From Eledone cirrhosa (taxonomy: Eukaryota), in the NCBI GenBank assembly GCA_964016885.1, contig OZ024743.1:12586001-12650000 (forward strand): a stretch of DNA of 64,000 nt. Reading direction: 5' to 3'. Positions 54,547 to 64,000 of this stretch are shown here, in pieces. How positions within the stretch are numbered: position 1 is the first letter of the stretch; every line of letters starts with the position of its first letter. The notes under the pieces are model-generated. The model saw only the letters and a program-made list of their open reading frames with translations, was not told the origin of the DNA and searched no databases. The translations under genes and the position numbers were made by a program.

Positions 54547-54879
54547 ATATATGTATATGTATGTGTGTGTATCTATATATATATATATATGTGTGTGTGT
54601 GTATCTATATTTGAATATGTATGTGTGTATATATGTATATGTATGTGTGTGTATCTATATATATATATGTGTGTGTGTGTATCTATATATGTATATGTAT
54701 GTGTGTATATATGTACATGTGTTATTTACATATGAGTAATTGTTTGGTTTTTACAATAAATTCTGCTTAATTGCATACCGGGGAATCGCATACTTCGGTT
54801 AATTAAATAAGTTTGTTTACGATGTTTAGTCTTTAAAAAAAAGAATGTCGGAAATTTCCTCCACCCACTTTCATGCCGT

Positions 54880-55250
54880 TACAGCACCGGCCGCCTCCCA
54901 CGCCATGCTGCTTTCGACGTAACTATAATGTATGACTTGGACGCCGCAGGCTTCCAATTCCAGTTCGAGTCGGCGTGGCTGGACCGAGGGGTCGGAAAAG
55001 GGCCTTCTCCAGCGGCAGCCTAGTGTATTCTGCTGTCACCCAGGCTTCGCTGCCCGTCAAACTGAAGATCGCAAGCTGTCGATGTGTCTGTCACTCTCCG
55101 ATAGGTTTGAGGTCGAACCTGTAGTAGTGAAAACCTCTGAACTTCTTGGCTCCTGGACTATACCCCTTACTCATTACGACCGGGGCGGTATTGGCTCCAT
55201 GCAGGAGCGAGCCCCCTGAGTTGGAATGGCTATTCTAACATCTCTCCCTC
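54880..55250 (+). pseudogene. CRE-clade restriction-like endonuclease fragment
   Basis: GRLPRHAAFD...WLDRGVGKGP and FEVEPVVVKTSELLG. Confidence 0.65.
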
Positions 55251-55481
55251 ACCATCCTCCAGGACCACGAAGCTGCCTGCACATAGGCTCCCATAGATCA
55301 GAGAACGCTCCTCCACACCGCCCGGGCCCTCATCATTGGGATAGCGATGTTGAGCACAGATTTGGACCGTATACCAATATATTTCACTTCGTAGAAATGT
55401 ATCAATTGAATTTATATAACGAACAAGACTATGCATATATAGACAGTACTAAACAAAAGAAGAAAAAGGGGGAATAATAAG

Positions 55482-55575
55482 GAAGAAATTAAAGAGGAGT
55501 GGAAAATATAGAAGAAATTAAAGAGGAGTGGAAAATATAGAAGAAATTAAAGAGGAGTGGAAAATATAGAAGAAA
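55482..55575 (+). repeat. 29-bp tandem repeat, about 3 copies
   Basis: gaagaaattaaagaggagtggaaaatata. Confidence 0.9.
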
Positions 55576-55582
55576 GATAATT

Positions 55583-55901
55583 GAGAAGACTCTCACATAC
55601 AGTCACACCACAACATAGGGTCCTGGGAGAAGAAGACTGTCACACACAGTCACACCACAACATAGGGTCCTGGGAGAAAAAGACCGTCACACACAGTCAC
55701 ACCACAACATAGGGTCCTGGGAGAAGAAGACCGCCACACACAGTCACACCACAAGATAGGGTCCTGGGAGAAGAAGACCGTCACATACAGTCACACCACA
55801 ACATAGGGTCCTGGGAGAAGAAGACCGTCAACACAATCACACACCACAACATAGGGTCCTGGGAGAAGAAGACCGCCACACACAGTCACACACCACAACA
55901 T
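55583..55901 (+). repeat. ~47-bp minisatellite, 6-7 copies
   Basis: gaagaccgtcacacacagtcacaccacaacatagggtcctgggagaa. Confidence 0.92.
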
Positions 55902-56059
55902 GAGGCGCTGGAGCTTCACTAATCATTTTTTATGCAAGCCACCAGACTCGCCACATTACAGCGTGGACAGTTGGTTTGATATCAATAAATTATTTTTAAA
56001 TTGTCCAACCCATGCTGACATGGAAGACGGATGTTAAACAATGATGATGATGATGTTAA

Positions 56060-56900
56060 TAAAATCTTAAAAAATAAACTTTAGTGTACATGAGTCAGAT
56101 GTGATCAATGTGGTTGTTGTATTTCTTACTCAACTATAAATTGATGATAGCAGGAGAGATCACTATGTCAGGGAGGAGTGAATGGATGGCACACGAGACC
56201 GCCTGACAGAGAGGCGCAGAAGCCATTGTAATAGCCCTAGAAAAGGCAGAGTGAGGAGTCAGCCCCACCATTGCCTCTTCGTTGGTAGATTTTGAAGCGA
56301 TTTCAAGTTAATCCATCATGTGCTTTATTTTGCGGGCGTGGTCTAGAATGTATGTATGTTTAGTTGCAGCGCTCTCCCAGGTGTGGAAGCAATATTCTAT
56401 TATGGGTATTCCTTAAGTTTTAGATAAGGTTAGCAACTGTTGAGAGCTGAAATATTTCCTATCTCTAGAGAGAAAGGTTAGTCTTTGAGATGTTGAGAAT
56501 GTGAGATCAGCAAGAGAGAGCAGTAGAATAGATCAGCAGGAGAGATCAACACTAATGGTGAGGTTTTAGCATTCATACAAACTTTGATGGTTACAACTGC
56601 CTTGCCTTTTATTCACGTTTAGGGGTGGGTGGTGTACAAAATTGCCATTTTTATATTTCTACATCTTCGTGTTGTTGAAGGAGACAAAATTTACATGATC
56701 CCATTGGAGTATATTTTCATAGAATCAATGTAGGTTTGGTGTGAAATATCTCAGCTGCATATGGATAAAAAAACGCTTATGGAAGGAAAGTTTGTATTGT
56801 ATAATCTCAAAACAACTGGTGGAGTCAATGGTGTGTCATAGTCTTGGAATTCTAAACCTGGCAGATCCCAGCTCTCTTCAGGTCTGAACAAAGCCAATTT
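56060..56900 (-). pseudogene. degraded CR1/L2/Jockey-group LINE fragment
   Basis: Minus strand PIIEYCFHTW motif; resembles 38230-39340. Confidence 0.5.
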
Positions 56901-56954
56901 CTTCCAAAGAAGGAGAGAGAGAGAAAGAGAGAGAGAGAGGAAGAGAGAGAGAGA

Positions 56955-57169
<215 letters not shown>

Positions 57170-57225
57170 CGAGTGAGAAAAAGAAAGAAAGAGAGAGAGA
57201 GAGTGAGTGAGTAAGTGAGTGAGTG

Positions 57226-57289
<64 letters not shown>

Positions 57290-58384
57290 AGGGAGAGAGA
57301 GAGAGGAATCGATTTAATTATTGGACAAACACTTTAATTATCGATCCCTAAATGATGAAAGGCAAAGTTGATGAAACGCAGAGAGCCAGAATAAAAACCA
57401 CAAGTCTTTCTGTCTGACGTTGTAACCATTCTGCTAATTCGGCACCTTGCCGTGAAAACATAACATGAGGATATATGGAAATTTCCCAGGGACGCCATTC
57501 GCATGGAAAACAAATATTTAAGTCAGCGTAAACATACCTAATTTATCAAGGCAGCATTGGCGCCAATCTTACAGCTTAATGTTAAAGTTCAAATAAAGTG
57601 TGTGAAAGTTTAAAATTTAAACTTCCCATAATTTCCCATAATTTGTTAAAGAGTGAAAACGGAAAAGAAAGAGGGGGAAAATATATATTTACTATCTAGT
57701 ATTACATGTTTACTGTCTTGTTTATATAATTTCTTCTCATTGAAATAATTATCACTATCATTAGTAGCTTTAGCATCGTTGTCATATATTATAACTTCAT
57801 TTAAGGCTTTATGTACATCTATGATTTCGGATGTGTAGTAGTTGAATCTACGTGTTGTTAATCATAATTGGTCGGGTGTCTTATCAGTTTTAAGATTCAG
57901 AATATCGACAAACTTTCAATATGACCACTTTTCACAAAATTTATCTTTCTATACTTTTGATTCAAATTTTTTTCATAAACCTTAGGTGCTTTATATTGGT
58001 GTGTGGTTTTGTAGGTAAAATTATGTACTAAGATAGCATGGAAAAAAAAACTTAATGTGAGACTAATGCATTTGCCACAGCGAAAAGGCAAAAATATTAA
58101 CGTTTTGGGCATAAACCTTTTTCAAGGCATATAAGTATGACGGTTAAGCATAGTTGTTGTTTAAACTCAAGTTAATCTTCATCGAATAAGCCTATATATG
58201 ATCAAATACAACCCTTCTGTTCGTTTCAAAGTGTACCTAGGATTACATTAGCCAAAGTGTGATGTCTTTTTTTAAATGCGGTATTTTTAATTCTTTTATT
58301 CTTTTATCAGCACCACCTTGAATGCATTTAGTCATTCAAATAGACCTCAGTGCTTATTTTTCTAATGCCCAATACTTATCGATC

Positions 58385-59398
58385 TTAATTCAGCCTCCTG
58401 ACTTCCATCACTCGTGAACATAGCCACGAGATACTTGAATGTCTCCACCTGTTTCAGTGGAACTCCACTCACATATAGAGTACTGCGCAGGCTTCCTTGG
58501 GAAGATGAGTGTATCAGTTTTCGCAGCACTGATTTTCATTCCAGCTTTGCAGAACACGGCATCAAACCTATTGAGTGCATGTCGGAGATCCCCTTCTGAC
58601 AAGTTAAGTAATACCATATTGTCTGAAACTCCCAGTCAACTGATCTTACTCCCGCCTGTCGGGATCCCACTTCTAACCCGGCAGCGTATGTCAATTCAGT
58701 TCATGAAGATAGTGGCAGGAGATATGATAGTACGTACCCTTGGTGGAGTCCGACTCCCACATTGAATGCTTTTGACTTGGCTCCATTTATCCGAACAAAA
58801 ACACGAGCTGTGGAAGAGCAAGAGACTGAATAAAGTGAAAGAATTGCAGGCGCTGGTGCAATAATGCGCCAGCTTCAGCATTCGGTAATCAGAAAAAAGG
58901 AGGTAGGTGTAAAAGTCAAACTGGCTATCTTTAATTCGCTATTCGTGCCAGCCATTAACTATGGTCATGAATCTTGTGTAATGACTGAAAGAATACGATC
59001 GCGAATACAAGCAGCCGAAATGGGGTTCCTCTGAAGGGTCTTTAGAGTTACGTTACTCAATAGAGTGCGTAGTCACTTCAGGTAGAGCTGTTACTTCTCC
59101 GAATTGAGCAATCATAACTTCCATACTATGGGCATGTGGTTAGAATGTCCCAAGAAAGAATCGCTGGACAGATTTTACAGGTAAAACCAACCAACAGGAG
59201 ACACAGGAGTAGACCCCGAACAAGTAGTTGGATAACATCCATGAGCTCAGCTGGTCTTGTTTGGGGATCCAGCCGGATCAATTTGATACGGTTGCTTCTG
59301 ACAGGACCCACTGGAAGGAGAGTTTGATGTCTCTGCCTCCGCGGCCCCCACCCAGGAATAAGTGGACGAAGAAGAAGAAGAAGAAGAAGAAGAAGAAG
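58385..59398 (+). mobile_element. Rex3/Expander-like RTE LINE with 5' inversion
   Basis: Minus 58385-58845 encodes VRINGAKSKAFNVGVGLHQG...GMKIS...KYL; plus 58846-59398 continues AGAIMRQL...YGHE...RPP and ends in (GAA)n. Confidence 0.8.
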
Positions 59399-59628
59399 AT
59401 TCAAACAAGACAGTTTCCGTCTATCAATATTCATTCACAAGACATTAGTCAAAATGAGGCTGTAGAAACTTGTCCATGGTGCTAGGCAGTGGGACTGAAT
59501 TCAAAATTATGTGGTTTCGAAGCGAATTCCTTAACCATAGAGCCATGCCTGCGTACAGGGTGTGATATGAGTTCATCTTGTGTGTTATTTCGAGCAACCC
59601 CGTACAGACTACGTTAGCTGTTTGTTAA

Positions 59629-59827
59629 CAGACCTGTCAACTCTCCCCGTCTGATGGGGAGATCTCCCACCCACACACTTTGGGGTGGATGAGAGATGTC
59701 TTCTCTTGTGAAAATGGGTATAGCTTTCATTATGTAAAATCTCCCCATTTTGCCCCCCCCCCCCCCGTTTCGGGGCACTTTTTTTTCATGGTAATCCCGT
59801 CTGGGTTTTTAGAGGTTGACAGGTCTG
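59629..59827. mobile_element. hAT-type MITE
   Basis: TIR cagacctgtcaac / gttgacaggtctg; 8-bp TSD tttgttaa / ttggttaa (one mismatch). Confidence 0.75.
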
Positions 59828-60627
59828 TTGGTTAAGCATAGCAGATGCAGAAGGTCACAGGAAGTTTGAATGAGTTACAATTCATAACCAGAGAATCTGA
59901 TGTGGGTAAGTAACACATAATTTCTGCTATAAAATTGAATAGATTATGGATATATTTCTAAATGATATAAATTCGGCTTCTTACTCTTCTTTAGTATTGT
60001 TTTGAAGTGAATGTAATTTCAATTTCATCATTCGTATTCCTTCGTTTAGCTTTGAGTTTTAATCTGATACCACCGCTACTGTGTAACTTTGACACGTCCT
60101 TCCAGATATAATAGATTTGTCAGTATACTAAATACTAAAACGTTTTATGAATATATGTTTTTACATGTCTATTGAAAGAATTTTTCTAATATTCTTTATA
60201 CAGGTTTTGACTGAGGAAGGGGCTGTGCCCATATCCTTCGTAGGATCCACTTATAAGGATTATAGGATTGACACGTAGGATCCACTTATAAGCATTATAG
60301 GATTGACACAATGATGCTCTTGAACAGTACATCTTACTTTTGCATCATATCACTATATAATATGCTCTACAAACAAAGGCAGTTATTGAGGACATTGATT
60401 TCCTACTATTGAGATACATTTGGAAATAATATGTATATCATTTCTAAATAAACATTCACACATCTACCTATCCATCCATCTATCCATCCATATATCCAGA
60501 AAATATTTTACACGTACACACACAGAGACACATATACACACACACACAGGCACAGAGACACACACCCACATACACACACATACACGGAGCGAACAGCAAC
60601 AACAACAAATAAATATCTAGCTAAATA

Positions 60628-60813
60628 TAATTGTTTCTACTTTTGGCACAAGGCCAGCAATTATGCCAGTGCATTACTGGTACTTTATTTTATCGACCTT
60701 GTAAGGATGAAAGGCAAAGTTAACCTCAGCGGGATTTGAACTCAGACCATAAAGGGCCGTAACTCTTTGCTGCAAAGCATGGCGTCCGACCCTCTACCGA
60801 TACTGCCAATCCA
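60628..60813 (-). mobile_element. SINE family A, full length
   Basis: Box A, box B, core and 3' end present. Confidence 0.88.
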
Positions 60814-61106
60814 CAATGCAATATAGTTTGCCGAATTGTTTCACATTGAATTCTTTATATACTTTCATAGCAAAATGGTGTCTTTCTGTTTTGTTTCTAT
60901 AATAAAGAATCAGGCTTCATATTTCCAAGTAGTTGTGGAATTACATATAATATAATATCAAGTCGAGCTACTCAAACGGTAGAATTAGTATTAAAAATAA
61001 ATAAGAAAGCGCAAGATAATGTATAAACCAGCAGCTGGGCAAGCTGCCAAATATTCCTAACTTGTCTATAATGTATATGAGTTATGACTTTTATTTGTCT
61101 GTTGCA

Positions 61107-61168
<62 letters not shown>

Positions 61169-61356
61169 TATTTTTTGTTATATTTTATAACAAAATCCTC
61201 TATTGAGGATTTTGTTATAATTCTATTTTTTGTTATATTTTATTTTATTTTTATATATTGTTATTGCCTCCTCCTTATTGAGGACGCCTTGTTTTGTAAA
61301 CTCCCCCCATTGTACTTGTCCCACTTTTGATGCCCTGGTGGCAAATAAAAGAAACA

Positions 61357-61446
<90 letters not shown>

Positions 61447-62690
61447 ACTACCGCCTGACTGTCGTGCCTTGCCCTAAGGAAACACTCACCACCATGGAAC
61501 GCATGCTCTTCCAATTTCTTTGGAAGAAGCGTCCTCCTATGGTGAGAAGATCCATCTGCTGCCAACAACCTTCGAAAGGAGGGCTGGGGATGCCGTGGTT
61601 GATGATGCGTAGGCACGCATTAAGGCTACGGCACCTACAGGTATTCCTCACTGGTCAACCGGTGTGGGCTCCGTTCGTGAAACGAGCCTTTCCGAGACTC
61701 GTCTCGCTCACCGAGCTACAATCCTGGGTCAAGCAAAGATCCGGAAAACTGGGAGACTGGCACACTGAGTGTGCTCAGGCGCTCAGGGCTCTCTGGCAAG
61801 CGGGCCAGGCCATCGGTGGAGAATCCACCTCAGCATTCTATAGAGGGCTGGTGGCTAGCAGGGGCGATGACACCCTTGGAGAGTCGCTGGACATGGAAGA
61901 GGACGAACTGGCCAGCCTGTTCGGTAGGACTTTCGGCCCAGGACCAATGGACAACTTCCAGAAGTCACTGGCCTGGCAGTGCTACCGGGGGGCTCTACCC
62001 GTTCGAGAGAGGCTCTACAGACACGGGCGCCCGGGCAGGGATCCCTAAAAAAAGATTTGCCCTAGATGCGTGCGTCACGAAGAAACCGTTGCGCACGCAT
62101 TGGTGCAATGTCCGGGCGTGGCTGATCTGTGGGGCTACGCCGAACGACTGCTGTCGCGGGTGGCGCCGATTAAATTGACCGCCGAGTCCGTGATGACAAT
62201 CAAACCGCCTCCCCTCTTCACAAAGGAAGCAAAGGCGGTTTTTCTGTGCGTAATAGCCATGTTGAAAGAGGTTGTTTGGTGGACACGATTGAAAGGTCTG
62301 AGGTCAGGCAACTTCCTCTCTGGCCATAGTCTGGTCTACTTCTTCCGATATCACTTCGGAAGAAGGATAAGAATGGAGAGAGAGGTGCTTGGCCACAGGC
62401 AGTTTTATGAAAGGTGGGTGATAGTGGCGAGAATGGCTCGTGTAAATGGGCCTTCTCTGTATACCATCCTGTAGGTAAAGAAGTAAAGGAGAGGGGAGCA
62501 CCTTCTCCATGTGCTCCCCGGGCAAAGGATTGCACACTTTTTCGGGGGTGTGTGCAACCCCCATCACGTCCCCTCCCTTTTGAGGTTATTTTCGATTATT
62601 TTCATGTTACACCCTTTTTACTCGATTAAATGTAAAATCCCCCTTTGTATTTGTCCCTTCTTTTTATGCCTTTATGGTAAATAAAGAAAT
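61447..62690 (+). mobile_element. L1/Tx1-clade LINE 3' part
   Basis: FQFLW...KGGLG, LPVRERL, CPRC...ETVAHALVQC zinc knuckle; 3'UTR ending aataaagaaa then (TCTA)n. Confidence 0.88.
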
Positions 62691-62805
62691 CTATCTATCT
62701 ATCCACACACACATATACGTATTACCACACATATACGTATTACCACACACACATATATGTATTAGAAGTGTGTATGAAGCATATACAATAATACACACAC
62801 ACACA

Positions 62806-62863
<58 letters not shown>

Positions 62864-63125
62864 CAAATAAAGATTCAGCGAGAATCGCATTTTCGACGGG
62901 CAGGAAAAGCGAAGCGAAACGCAAAAATCAGAAAAAAAATATATATATATATATATACATACATATATTTATATGTATATGATACATACATACTTACATA
63001 CATACACTTATACATGTATGTATGTGTGTATATATCTACGCTTGAATGTACGTAGGTAGGTACGTATGTATGTATGTATGTACGTATGTATGTATGTATG
63101 TATGTATGTATGTATGTATGTATGT

Positions 63126-64000
63126 TTTCTCTTTCTCTTAATTTCGAGTATATTTTTTTGACCGGCCACCTTCCTGGTGGCAAGGTTGTAAAAGAAAAGA
63201 AATTATCATCCCTTGAATCGCAAGAATGTTTTGCAAATTTTGAAGGTGCCAGCTATCGCAGCCATTTGTAGACTATGAATTAGGGACTGCGCTTTTTGTC
63301 CGCAAATCCAAGTTCAGTCATACTTTGGTCCAAGCGGGTTGGTATATAACCCGTAGCACCAATAATGATGGGTATGAAGCTAAAGGTGTATCTTGGATAC
63401 TGGATTTGTAAACTCCTCATCAATGGTCCGTAGATGTCCTCCTTCTCCTGTATTTTTCTGACAACGTTTAAATCAAGTGGGTAGCTGATCTCCACAACAG
63501 AACACGTTTTCAATGTGTGGTCCCAAACTACAATATCAGGCCGGTTGTGCTTTAATTTGGTGGCAGTTTTTATTTTCAGGTTCCACCAGTATTCCTTAGT
63601 GCCATCTGTCTCAATATATTCTTCCTCGTTTGTTGTTAATTTTGTTTTCCGAAGTGCGTTCCAGATGGTTCTAGCTATCCCATCGTGTCTCATGGGAGGT
63701 AGTAGCGAGATGACATTCTTTCGCAGCTGGCAACAATGTGGCTTACATCCTCGATCTTTGTTTTACATAGCCTACATTTATTGTCAGCTGCTGGCCCTCC
63801 TCTTTTGTGCAGCAGATATTTGGTAGGGAGTTCTTGTTCCTGTATGGCATAGAGATATCCCTCAAGGTGTGATGTCATAAACTTGTCGGAACTCCATGCC
63901 AGGCTTTTTGAGTGGTTTATCCCCTCTATGGTCTGTGTTTTACGCCTCAAGTATCCATGCACAATTTTTTCTGTAAATTGGTCAATTTTTTTATCTTGTT
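63126..64000 (-). mobile_element. R4/Dong-like non-LTR retrotransposon 3' end (restriction-like endonuclease)
   Basis: AIQEQ, CRLC...HIVASC, RHD, NRPDIVV, VVEISYP, K..KY-like and PIIIGATG motifs; abuts (CATA)n; runs off the window. Confidence 0.9.

Noticed and set aside
55583-55901. CRISPR-like array
   Set aside because: Units are contiguous tandem repeats with no unique spacers, in eukaryotic DNA
60205-60310. Hammerhead at ctgaggaaggggctgtgccc
   Set aside because: No GAAA or cleavage triplet follows; the sequence runs into a 35-bp tandem duplication

Overview
AT-rich eukaryotic DNA saturated with microsatellites and transposable elements. The SINE families and repeat landscape suggest an octopod cephalopod, but this is inference only. 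Most short ORFs in the track are microsatellite artefacts. Recognisable elements: a near-full-length but disrupted Naiad-type Penelope-like element (RT + GIY-YIG) ending in a hammerhead ribozyme; three RTE-clade LINE families, two copies showing 5' inversions; a 608-bp bipartite RTE-derived non-autonomous element in two copies; an IR/DR Tc1 transposon; Tx1/L1, R4/Dong, CRE and CR1/L2-like fragments; a hAT remnant; three MITEs; and many tRNA-derived SINEs. The main unannotated signal is a set of about ten type I hammerhead-ribozyme motifs from several unrelated short cassettes, most ending in (TA)n tracts and arranged in tandem, convergently, or inside a 189-bp-arm palindrome. The only host-gene evidence is a probable signal-peptide first coding exon on the minus strand (36307-36390).
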